Shown in pieces: positions 50,736 through 59,914 of a DNA stretch of 64,000 nt (positions within the stretch are counted from its first letter, which is position 1; each line of letters begins with the position of its first letter). The stretch covers positions 62,001 to 126,000 of the IMG/VR virus record IMGVR_UViG_3300042887_005053. One strand, given 5' to 3'. The position numbers and the translations under genes are program-made. The notes beneath the pieces are model-generated. The model was given only the letters and a program-made list of their open reading frames with translations, was not told the DNA's origin and did no database searches.

Positions 50736-51973
50736 TTAAAACCCACCACTAAAAATGTCCATTATAACAGTAAGCCTTTTAGATATTTCCGGCAGTCCAA
50801 GAGGCGCAATAATCGAATTAATTGGACTCAATATACACTTTTCAAATTGAGTATCTAAGTCAATCTCAGGTGCCATCTCAATAGGATATGATCCTCTAAT
50901 GTAAGCAAAAGTATCATTCATTGATTTATCTTTGACATAGTAATACTTGATCTTAGTTCCAGATTTGATAAACTCATACTTAGATTGTAAAGATTTATTT
51001 CTATGTAGTAAGAAGTTATAATAAGCAGAAGCTTTAACAGCAAAGTGAGCTCCACTAACAAACTCTAATTTGTCCTTATCATTCAAACACTTATCATCAT
51101 AATTTGAACAAGAAGATTGCATACAGATCTCATCTATTCGATCTGGTACACACAAGTCAAACTCTTTTCTTAAATTCTTTACTAACTTTAGTAACTCCTT
51201 AATGTTAAATGTATCTGGGTGTTCAAACAAATATTTAACAATACCAACAATCTTATCTCTTGCAAAAAGAGGAGTAGATGATCTCACAAGTTCAACTCCC
51301 TTAGGATACATATAAGTCAATCTATCATAAGGAATTCCATCTTCATAAACAATATGTTGAATATACTTCTTTTTAGCAATGTTTATAATTGATTCAGAAA
51401 TACGCTCTAACTCAAAATCTTGTTTGTTTTCAACACCATACTCAGCAGCATGTTCATCTAAACATTTTTTGAAATATCCAGCATATCTATTCTTATCTAA
51501 TGCATGAATAAACTCTAATTCTGTTTTGTATGCATGTTTCCATTCACAATGATCCATCGCTGGCTTAAATGATACAAAAAGTGAATCAGTATCAGCATAT
51601 ATAGAAACTTGCTCATCTCTTTCAATTGGAGTAACATTTTTGAGATTCATTTTTTCATGCAACTCAGTATCTAAATGCCATTGATTATACCAATAGTCTT
51701 CATTTACTTTATGCATTGTTTGCGTCAGGTTTCTACCTTCAGCTGTTATGGTTCCAGCAACATGGTTATTAAATAAAATAAAATAGGGTGTTGCGAATGC
51801 ACCGTAACTACCATTTAACACTAACTTCAAAGCTTTTTTTCACCCCCTCTGAAAATAATCAGAGGGGGTTATCTAGCGAGCTGAAGAGCGTTGAAATAAT
51901 CAACTTCCTTCTTCAGCTCGTTTGCTTGTTTTTTTAGTGACTCGATCTTTTCTAATCTTTCTTCTCTAGTCAT
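50736..51973 (-). CDS. Family-B DNA polymerase C-terminal subunit (gp43B-like), in two segments: 51973-51875 and 51830-50736
   Basis: Joined product reads ...YFNALQLA|LKLVLNGSYG (motif B), then IT.EGR, YADTDS, KKKY, KGVE; no exonuclease domain or motif A. Confidence 0.85.
51831..51877 (-). other. Candidate programmed translational bypass element (44-nt gap)
   Basis: GCT(51877-75) AGA TAA, 11-bp perfect stem (51869-59/51852-42), G-A7, GCT(51833-31). Confidence 0.7.
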
Positions 51974-52041
51974 TAATTTTTATTTTTTGTAAATTTGTTC
52001 TAAACAGAACTAATGGTATTTAATATATTAACTTAAATAAC

Positions 52042-53061
52042 ATGACTTATATGTTTAAAGAAGAAGAAGTTTTAGTTAAGATCAATGCTCGTAATGTCAA
52101 TTACTATAAAGAAAAAGGATATGATGTATCTATATCTGGGTTCACTGACTCAAAAGATTTTTTAGTAAAAACATTGGATATACCCAAAGGTTCACATTTG
52201 AAAATAATCGCAATCTGTGAATTGTGTCAGTGTGAAAAAAATATATCGATTGAGAAATATTATACAAATAAAGAAAGAAATAATAAAGGATATTATTCAT
52301 GTTTTAGTTGTAAGACAGTAGAAAAAGAAAAAACTTGCTTGAATAAGTATGGTGTAAAATCATACTCACAAACAAGTGAGTTCAAAGAGTCTGAAAGTAA
52401 AAAGTGGAAAGGAATACAGAAAGGTTCAGAAAAAGGTAAAAAAACTAATTTAGAAAGATATGGATTTGAATCTTTTTTTCAAACAGAAAAGATGAGAGAA
52501 ATGAATAGAAGTTGGATGTCATCTGATGAGTTTAGATCAAAATCAAAACAAACAATATTAGAAAAATATGGAGTTGATAGTTTTTCAAAAACATCCAATT
52601 TTAGAAACATAATTAATGAAAACAAAGAACAGATAGTAGAAAAAATAAAACAAGTTTTTTTGGACAAGTATGGTGTTAATTGGCCATCTAAAGTAAAAGA
52701 TATTGTCGATAAGTCCTTAAAAACTAGAGAGGAAAATGGTGATATCATACCACCTGAAAATTTAAGTGATTTTCAAAAATACCGAAAATTAGTTAGGAAA
52801 ATTACCAATAGAAATAAGAAAAAACTTTTTGAGGACTGGCTTGGATTTGACTATTATGATAACGAGTTTATTAAAGGTAATTTTTCACTATCATCATCAC
52901 ACAGACTATATCCAACAATTGATCATAAAATATCGATACATTACGGATTTACAAATAAAATATCAGCCTCTGAGATAGGCCATTTAGACAATTTATGTAT
53001 AACAAAAAGAAGAATTAACTCAACGAAGAGACAGTTAATAGAAGAAGTATTTAACTCATAG
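52042..53061 (+). CDS. Putative free-standing homing endonuclease (Zn-ribbon, KYGV repeats, C-terminal HNH-like domain)
   Basis: CELC..CFSC; four (K/R)YG(V/F) repeats; PTIDHKISI...NLCIT...N.TK. Confidence 0.75.
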   Translation: MTYMFKEEEVLVKINARNVNYYKEKGYDVSISGFTDSKDFLVKTLDIPKGSHLKIIAICELCQCEKNISIEKYYTNKERNNKGYYSCFSCKTVEKEKTCLNKYGVKSYSQTSEFKESESKKWKGIQKGSEKGKKTNLERYGFESFFQTEKMREMNRSWMSSDEFRSKSKQTILEKYGVDSFSKTSNFRNIINENKEQIVEKIKQVFLDKYGVNWPSKVKDIVDKSLKTREENGDIIPPENLSDFQKYRKLVRKITNRNKKKLFEDWLGFDYYDNEFIKGNFSLSSSHRLYPTIDHKISIHYGFTNKISASEIGHLDNLCITKRRINSTKRQLIEEVFNS

Positions 53062-53078
53062 TTCTACTTAGTAGATGA

Positions 53079-54401
53079 TTAAATACCAGTATAATTAGTT
53101 GGACTCATACTTTTTAATTCTTTTTTTATGAGTTCTGGTATTTCTAATTGGTCGATAAATTGGTTGATTACTTCTTGGTCTATTTCTTTTCCTCTAGCAA
53201 GTTCTTTAAGTTTTTCGTAGGGTTCTTGTACTTTTTCTCTTCTTAAAACAGTTTGGATTCCTTCGGTTACAACAGACCAATTATTTTCTAAATCTTCTGT
53301 TATTACTTCTTCATTTAATACAAGTTTATCTATTCCTTTTTTAATTGAGTCTATACTTATTGTAATGTGCGCAATTGGAACCCCGATATTTCTGAGTACA
53401 GTTGAATCTGTTAAATCTCTTTGTAGTCTTGAGATTGGTAGTTTTTCTGATAGATGAGTTAGTATAGCATTTGCCATTCCTAAATTTCCTTCTGCATTTT
53501 CGAAGTCGATTGGATTTACTTTGTGTGGCATTGCTGAAGAACCGGTTTCATTTGGATTCGTTTTTTGATTGAAATAGTTCATAGAAATGTATTGCCAAAT
53601 ATCTCTACAAAAATCAATTAGAATTACATTGATTCTTCTTAGGTTGTCGAACAAAACAGCAAGTGAATCATAATGATCAATTTGAGTAGTATATTGAGAC
53701 CTTTTTAATCCCATTTTTTGAGTGAAAATATTTGCAAATTCTTTCCAATCGATTTGTGGATAAGCTACATGATGGGCATTAAAGTTACCTGTTGCTCCGC
53801 CAAATTTACAAGAAAGTTCTATTTTATGTAAACTAAGAATTTGATTATCTAATCTTTCAACAAATACCATTAATTCTTTGTCCATTTTGGTTGGAGAAGC
53901 AGGTTGACCGTGTGTATGAGCAAGCATTGGTGTGTCTTTACAATTATCTGACAAAGACTTAATCTTATTATTTAGTTCGGTTATATCTTTGATATAAGTA
54001 TTTAGCCAATTAAGAAGTTGTAAAGGAATTGCTGTGTTATTAATATCTTGTGATGTTAGACCAAAATGAACAAACTCTTTGAATTCAGATAGGTTAAGTT
54101 TTTCTAATTTTGTTTTGATAAAATACTCGACTGCTTTTACATCGTGATTGGTCTTTTTTTCGATTTCTTTTATCTCATTAGCATCGGCTTCACTAAAGTC
54201 ATAGTAAATACTCATAAGATCATTAGCATTAGGTATGTTAAGATTTATGGCATTATTTAGTTCAATTAAATATTTGACTTCAACATATACTCTATATTTA
54301 ATAAGAGCGAATTCCGAAAAGAATTCTGATAGTTTTTGAGTTTTGTTGTGATATCTACCATCAATTGGACTTACTGAGGTTAAGGGTGTTAATTTATTCA
54401 T
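53079..54401 (-). CDS. purB: Adenylosuccinate lyase
   Basis: SPIDGRY, TNHDVKAVEY, HFGLTSQD, GSSAMPHKVNPIDFEN; start probably the ATG at 54401. Confidence 0.95.
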   Translation of the reverse strand: MNKLTPLTSVSPIDGRYHNKTQKLSEFFSEFALIKYRVYVEVKYLIELNNAINLNIPNANDLMSIYYDFSEADANEIKEIEKKTNHDVKAVEYFIKTKLEKLNLSEFKEFVHFGLTSQDINNTAIPLQLLNWLNTYIKDITELNNKIKSLSDNCKDTPMLAHTHGQPASPTKMDKELMVFVERLDNQILSLHKIELSCKFGGATGNFNAHHVAYPQIDWKEFANIFTQKMGLKRSQYTTQIDHYDSLAVLFDNLRRINVILIDFCRDIWQYISMNYFNQKTNPNETGSSAMPHKVNPIDFENAEGNLGMANAILTHLSEKLPISRLQRDLTDSTVLRNIGVPIAHITISIDSIKKGIDKLVLNEEVITEDLENNWSVVTEGIQTVLRREKVQEPYEKLKELARGKEIDQEVINQFIDQLEIPELIKKELKSMSPTNYTGI

Positions 54402-55179
54402 CGTCTGCGGTAAAGTCTTGTTCAAAGCTGAGCATCAAATTTGAGTTTTCGTCTTTGACTAAAATAAAGGTTTCGAAAATACTGAAATAAATGTTGTCAT
54501 TTTGATCATTAATATTTGATAAATATTTTTTACCAAAAATTAATTGTGTGTTTTTAGCATCAACTTCATCAACTATAAGTTCCCATTTTGATAGTTCATT
54601 CATAGTTACTTTATTATCAGTTACATTAATATTAACAATTCTTTCTTCGTTGTTAATACCACAAAGTTTCTTAACATCTGCGAAATCTTCTTTAGAAATT
54701 TTGAATGACCACTTTGATAATTTTGGATTTAGTCTTGTTTCTAAAAATTGTGGATTTAGATCACGGATTTTGTGTTGTTCTCCACCAACAATAGTGATTT
54801 TCAGTTTGTTATTTGTAAACTGTGCTGCTCTAACATGCATAGTATCTTCTGAGTCTGGACTTGGTTTGAATACTAAATCTAGTTTAATAGTCGAGTTAGT
54901 GTTAAATAAAGCTAAGTTCTTAGCAAATTTTGTAGCAGAAGTGATGATTAAATCGAAAGTAGTATCTTGTTTGAAACCTTCAATATAGTCATCTGTCTTC
55001 AAGAGATAAGTTTTAAGTGCTAAAACACTAACATCGTTAGATATCATTGAATAGAGTAGAATATTAGAACTTGTGATTTTAATTTTAACACAGTCTTCAA
55101 TATTAGTGAGGTCTTTGAATTTTTGTAGAAAGTCACTAAAGTTATTTTGATTAAATTTTAATGCTAATTTATTTGCCAT
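54394..55179 (-). CDS. Putative DNA sliding clamp (gp45/PCNA-like)
   Basis: About 260 aa with twofold repeated alpha/beta pattern; close to the polymerase gene; no diagnostic motif. Confidence 0.45.
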   Translation of the reverse strand: MANKLALKFNQNNFSDFLQKFKDLTNIEDCVKIKITSSNILLYSMISNDVSVLALKTYLLKTDDYIEGFKQDTTFDLIITSATKFAKNLALFNTNSTIKLDLVFKPSPDSEDTMHVRAAQFTNNKLKITIVGGEQHKIRDLNPQFLETRLNPKLSKWSFKISKEDFADVKKLCGINNEERIVNINVTDNKVTMNELSKWELIVDEVDAKNTQLIFGKKYLSNINDQNDNIYFSIFETFILVKDENSNLMLSFEQDFTADDE

Positions 55180-55224
55180 AAAATGTATATTAAAAAGCTG
55201 AAATGAAGTTTTTCAAAAAGATTT

Positions 55225-55665
55225 TTAGTCAAACCACTTATTGAGTATTTGATTTATTTTCTTGTCTCTCGATATTAATTCTGAATTATTCTCAAATCTA
55301 TCTAAATATTCTAGCGTTTTAATTTGTCTATAGAGTGAAGAAAAGAAACAAAATCCTAATATAGAAGTTAGTCCAGCTAATGATTTTGAATTCATACTTA
55401 GACTAATAATACTTCCGGAAATTTCAATTAAAAATATTTTCAAATCAAATAGACTAACAAATAGTCCTGATATAAAACCAGATAAATAAATAGGCCAGTT
55501 TTTATTTTCGTTTGATTTGAAGTTAATAAGAAATAAAAGTAAAGTAACTAAAAATAGAGATAAAAAAATATTAGTCAAGTTTTGAATATTACCAAACAAA
55601 AGTGGAGGCAAAATCAAAAAAACAAGACTAAATATTAGATATTCTTTTTTTGTAGAACTACTCAT
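55225..55665 (-). CDS. Multi-TM membrane protein
   Basis: About four hydrophobic helices; C-terminal RDKKINQIL. Confidence 0.6.
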   Translation of the reverse strand: MSSSTKKEYLIFSLVFLILPPLLFGNIQNLTNIFLSLFLVTLLLFLINFKSNENKNWPIYLSGFISGLFVSLFDLKIFLIEISGSIISLSMNSKSLAGLTSILGFCFFSSLYRQIKTLEYLDRFENNSELISRDKKINQILNKWFD

Positions 55666-56756
55666 ATCTTTATTTTATCAAAATAGTCTTTGAATGTTTC
55701 GTGAGGTACTGCTACAGATATTCTTGAGTATTGTGAATTTACAGTTCTATTAAGTGAAAATTTGTTTAAAGGAACTGAAGATATTTTATTGAATAAGAGT
55801 ATATCGAAATTAATATTCACGATTGCAAAGGGACCTGTTGGTAGTGTTGGATATTCATCAAAAAGAAATCCTCTATCTTTTAGATATTGAATATTCTTTT
55901 TAATACTCATTTGTGTTTGTAATTTGTAATTATCTAATGATAATTTTCCATTGTCTGTTGTGAGTAATCGAGTTATTATTTGTTGTGGTATGGTTGAAAT
56001 AGAGTTATACTTATATAAAGATCTAATCTTCATTGAGTTATATAATTCTTGATTTTTTGTTGCTATGTAGCCGATTCTTAATCCAGATAATCCCATAGAT
56101 TTAGAAAAAGAAGATAATACGATTACATTATCATAAAATAATTCGTGGATAGGATTAGTCAAATCGTTGAAAAGATAGTAATATGGTAGATCTAAAATAA
56201 CTGTAATATTATTTTCCTTTGTGTGATCTAAGAATTTTTTTAGTTCTTCGAAGTCTGGTGCCCATCCTGTTGGATTAGAAGGATAACACAACATTACAAC
56301 CCCTGAGAAGCCATTTATTGGATCAAAGGCTTTAAAATTTGATATGTTGAAGTCATCGAATTCTTGCGTGTTTTTACCATGAATTTTAAGAATTTTGTTC
56401 CAAGATCCCCAGTGGTATTTTGGTATCCAGAAGTTTTCTTCAGATAACGAATTAATTACTAAGTCGAGTGTTGCCATACCACCTGGTACAGTCATCACAT
56501 AGTGGTCTTTTAACTGAAATTTATCTTTAATAACTTCTACTAATTTAGTATCTCCATCATTCCCACCGTATTGTTGAACTGTTTTTTGATTGTAGTCAAA
56601 GTCACTCATAAAAGAATTTAAGTCGATCATATCGACATCCATAACACCACGATGAAGTTTCAAATAAGTCTCTCCTGTTGTTTTTTCGAGGTAAGAAGTT
56701 CTTTCTCCTATTTCGACGATTGATGAATAGGTAACTGGTGAATGGTTTACTTTCAT
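55662..56756 (-). CDS. PLP-dependent aminotransferase class I/II
   Basis: YPSNPTG, ILDLPY, SSFSKSMGLSGLRIGY. Confidence 0.85.
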   Translation of the reverse strand: MKVNHSPVTYSSIVEIGERTSYLEKTTGETYLKLHRGVMDVDMIDLNSFMSDFDYNQKTVQQYGGNDGDTKLVEVIKDKFQLKDHYVMTVPGGMATLDLVINSLSEENFWIPKYHWGSWNKILKIHGKNTQEFDDFNISNFKAFDPINGFSGVVMLCYPSNPTGWAPDFEELKKFLDHTKENNITVILDLPYYYLFNDLTNPIHELFYDNVIVLSSFSKSMGLSGLRIGYIATKNQELYNSMKIRSLYKYNSISTIPQQIITRLLTTDNGKLSLDNYKLQTQMSIKKNIQYLKDRGFLFDEYPTLPTGPFAIVNINFDILLFNKISSVPLNKFSLNRTVNSQYSRISVAVPHETFKDYFDKIKI

Positions 56757-57076
56757 ATAAATTCTTTAAGTGTTTTTCTTAGTATTGATTCGATTTCTCT
56801 AGCTTTTTTTCTATTAGTTTTAATGTCTAATTGTATTCTAAAGTTTTTAATCTGAAGATCTTCTTCATCAGATACTTCAATAATCTCAATATCAATTTCT
56901 TTATCATCTATAATTTCTTGGAAATTTGAAGAAGAGATGATATCATTTATTGGAATTGTAAATTCTAATCCTTCTACACTAACTTGATGTTCTTTATCAA
57001 TTTTGATAGTTTCTCCTTTATTAAGGATTTTTTTCCCAAAGAAAACTACATCTTCTAAAACTAAAAATTCTCTCAT
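56753..57076 (-). CDS. Hypothetical protein
   Basis: 107-aa ORF in operon. Confidence 0.5.
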   Translation of the reverse strand: MREFLVLEDVVFFGKKILNKGETIKIDKEHQVSVEGLEFTIPINDIISSSNFQEIIDDKEIDIEIIEVSDEEDLQIKNFRIQLDIKTNRKKAREIESILRKTLKEFI

Positions 57077-57078
57077 AA

Positions 57079-57570
57079 TTATCTTCCTAAATAGTTCATT
57101 AATTCTATAATATTTTTAATTGTATATCCTAAACTTTCTAAGTTTTTGGATGAGCTTCTTAAAAATTCAATATAGTTTTCTATTAATTGTATATTTCTGT
57201 CATTTTCAGAAATGTGTGCATCAATTAGTAGTCCTTTTTCACCAAGATTGGTTTTAAGTCCAAATCCGGTTGCATAGAAAACAAACTTATCTTGTTTTAG
57301 TTTTTTAATTTTTACTTCTTCTTTTGATCTCTTATTTAAGAAGAAAGAAATTTGTTCATTTATGACTTGTCGATAGCTAAGTGCTAAAGATTGAACTTCC
57401 ATAATTTTTTGAGAGTTTTCTAAAGTAAAGTTATTTTTAATCACATCAAATAATGGCGTAATATTTTTACTCCATTCTTCTCTCTTTTGATTAAAAAAGT
57501 CTTCTAGTTTATCATTTGTTTCTTTTGCTTTTTCGATTCTGATTCTTTCTTCGTCTGTATAGAGATTCAT
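57079..57570 (-). CDS. UvsY-like recombination mediator
   Basis: All-helical protein, ..FY.., C-terminal IEFL...LGYTIKNIIEL resembling the UvsY end. Confidence 0.55.
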   Translation of the reverse strand: MNLYTDEERIRIEKAKETNDKLEDFFNQKREEWSKNITPLFDVIKNNFTLENSQKIMEVQSLALSYRQVINEQISFFLNKRSKEEVKIKKLKQDKFVFYATGFGLKTNLGEKGLLIDAHISENDRNIQLIENYIEFLRSSSKNLESLGYTIKNIIELMNYLGR

Positions 57571-57586
57571 ATTAAAAATTAAATAT

Positions 57587-57847
57587 TTGTATTTATATAT
57601 ACCAGAAATAATCTTGTTTAAGAGAATGGATATTAAATTTGAAATCGAAAAGGCTCAAAAAATTGAAATTCTCAATGATAATGATTTACAAAGTGTAAAA
57701 GAATTATACTTTTCTAAGGATGGTATTTTACCAAAAATTTATAATTTTGCTACTACGAAAAAAGGAGAAGAGTCTTCACTTATTTTATCGGATTTAAATA
57801 AAATCAGAAGTATAATTACCAAAAAAATAAGTGATTATACTAGCTAA
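57587..57847 (+). CDS. Hypothetical protein
   Basis: ORF track; true start may be the internal MDIKFE. Confidence 0.4.
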   Translation: MYLYIPEIILFKRMDIKFEIEKAQKIEILNDNDLQSVKELYFSKDGILPKIYNFATTKKGEESSLILSDLNKIRSIITKKISDYTS

Positions 57848-59000
57848 TAACACTAACTACTTCAGGATAATACTCACAAGCTTCTGGATTTTTGCCTTCA
57901 TAGTTAATAACTGATAATGCATATCTCATGGCATTTAATCTACCAATTCTTTTATCGTTTGAATTGATTATTGTCCAAGGAGCTTTTTTAGTTGATGTTT
58001 TTTCAAACATCTGATTTTTGTACATTGTAATAATATTCCACTTTCCGATTACTTTTTCATCGTTTGGTGAAAACTTCCAGAATTTAATAGGTGATGTTTT
58101 TCTTAATTCAAATCTTTGAATTTGTTTTTCTTGTGTTATAGAAAACCAAAACTTAATTAAAGTAATTCCTTGATTAACTAATCCAGCTTCCCACTTATTA
58201 ACATTTTCCATGAAATCTCTATACTGTTCTTCAGTACAATATCCCATAGCTGGTTCAACTACAGCTCTGTTATACCAAGAACGATCAAAGAAAACAATTT
58301 CACCAGGTTTAGGTAATTCTTTTTCGTATCTCGCAAACCAATTATTCTTTTCTTCTTCAGTTGGCATTCCAAGAGCAACAATTCTGAATATTCTTGGATT
58401 CAAAACTTCTGTGAATCTTTTTATAGTAGAACCTTTACCAGCTGAATCTCTACCTTCAAAAACTATTGCAATTCTTTGATTTGTATTTTTAACCCATTCT
58501 TGTAGTTTAACTAGTTCAATTTGAATTTGGTATTTTTCATCTTCGTATTGTCTTCTTGTTAGAATAGATTTTTCACCTTCCATTCTGTCAATGTGTTCTT
58601 CTTCTGGTGATAAACCTTCAGCTTTTTCAATGTATTCATCAACTCTATCGATTAATGACTCATAGTAGATTTCGAATTCTGCTGAAATCATTTTTTTGGT
58701 CCTTTTTCCTTTTAAATCGAGTAGTTGGTGTATTTTTCTTAAAAAAGTTTCTGTATTAAAAAAAGTAACTATTTCTTTAGTGAATTCTTTTTCTAGTTCA
58801 CTTAAAATCATTTCAATATCGATATTGTCAAAATCTTTATAGATTACTTCGCCTTTTTCTGTAGAAATATTTTCTAATATAAAATCACGATAAGTGTTCA
58901 ATCTCATCACAAATTGATTTTCGATATCTTGAAGTTCTTCTACTGGTAGTTCGAATTCTAATTCTTCGTTTAGAAATGTATTAAATGGTTTGAGTTTCAT
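57840..59000 (-). CDS. ppk2: Polyphosphate kinase 2 with N-terminal extension
   Basis: FEGRDSAGKGSTIKR, FDRSWYNRA, IKFWFSI, WKFSP.D, APW...S.DK. Confidence 0.93.
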   Translation of the reverse strand: MKLKPFNTFLNEELEFELPVEELQDIENQFVMRLNTYRDFILENISTEKGEVIYKDFDNIDIEMILSELEKEFTKEIVTFFNTETFLRKIHQLLDLKGKRTKKMISAEFEIYYESLIDRVDEYIEKAEGLSPEEEHIDRMEGEKSILTRRQYEDEKYQIQIELVKLQEWVKNTNQRIAIVFEGRDSAGKGSTIKRFTEVLNPRIFRIVALGMPTEEEKNNWFARYEKELPKPGEIVFFDRSWYNRAVVEPAMGYCTEEQYRDFMENVNKWEAGLVNQGITLIKFWFSITQEKQIQRFELRKTSPIKFWKFSPNDEKVIGKWNIITMYKNQMFEKTSTKKAPWTIINSNDKRIGRLNAMRYALSVINYEGKNPEACEYYPEVVSVIS

Positions 59001-59011
59001 ATAATTATATA

Positions 59012-59914
59012 TTAAATTTTTGAGTCAAATATATAAACATCAAAAGTAGTATTACCTTTGACTTTTTTAATCTTTTTAAGTACATCGCCTGATATTGAAT
59101 CCAAAACTTTAAATACTCCAATATTCGTTCCTTTTTCATCTAATATCTTAACTGTATTTCCTGGTTGACCGAGTGCACCAAGCATTGCTACATATTTGTT
59201 TCCATAAATACTTTTTAAGAAAGAAACTCTAATATTTGCAACATCCTTAATATTATTTACATAAGGATTGTCTAATGGATTATTTAAATCTAAGATTGTA
59301 TCAGTTGCTTTAGCTTTAACTGTGACGAATTTTCTGGTTTCTTCTCCTAAGGTTATATCTTCTTTATTTTGAATTTCTTGTGATTTAATTAAAGCTTGTT
59401 GATTTTTTCTTATTTCGTTAAAATCAGCTCTTGCTAAAATTCCACCTCTCATTCCTTTGTCATTCATATTATATCCTGATGGTGGAAGTCTATAGAAAGA
59501 ACCTGTAAATGTAACTGATAAAAGTCTATCGAATCTAAATAGCCTCCAAATTTTATTAATATGTCTATTTCCTGATACAGACCATCCATTTAAGTGGTAT
59601 CCTCTTATTAAAAATTTCCCTTTAGATGATTTACCGATAACCATTGGATAAATCACTCTTTCTGATCCCATAAATCTTTTATCTTTTTCCCCTTTATAAT
59701 TGATAAGAAAAACCATTCCATATTTAATAGCCTTCATAATGAGTTCTTGTGTGGGTTTTAGTGGCTCATTAACTGGTATATCCGCTATATTTTTAATATT
59801 TTTTAATTGAAATCTAGGAACATAGGAATTATCCTCTTTTAGGTTATAATTCTCTTTAATTACAAACTCAATTGGCTTGGTGTTAAAATAATTTTTTACT
59901 TGACTTATGTTCAT
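59012..59914 (-). CDS. WYL-domain-like protein
   Basis: INY...ERVIYP...LIRGY...WRLFRFDRL. Confidence 0.6.
   Translation of the reverse strand: MNISQVKNYFNTKPIEFVIKENYNLKEDNSYVPRFQLKNIKNIADIPVNEPLKPTQELIMKAIKYGMVFLINYKGEKDKRFMGSERVIYPMVIGKSSKGKFLIRGYHLNGWSVSGNRHINKIWRLFRFDRLLSVTFTGSFYRLPPSGYNMNDKGMRGGILARADFNEIRKNQQALIKSQEIQNKEDITLGEETRKFVTVKAKATDTILDLNNPLDNPYVNNIKDVANIRVSFLKSIYGNKYVAMLGALGQPGNTVKILDEKGTNIGVFKVLDSISGDVLKKIKKVKGNTTFDVYIFDSKI

Noticed and set aside
51831-51871. Polymerase hairpin as an intrinsic terminator
   Set aside because: On the minus strand it is followed by an A-tract, and on the plus strand the T-tract precedes it, so neither orientation fits
51827-51871. Stop readthrough, alone or with a -1 frameshift at A_AAA_AAG, as the way to join the polymerase segments
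   Set aside because: Readthrough alone meets a TGA 14 codons later. Readthrough plus a -1 shift needs two rare events and would insert about 14-15 residues into the motif-B helix. Less parsimonious than a hop, though not formally excluded
51831-51874. Group I/II intron or intein in polB
   Set aside because: 44 nt is far too short for a self-splicing core, and the insert is out of frame
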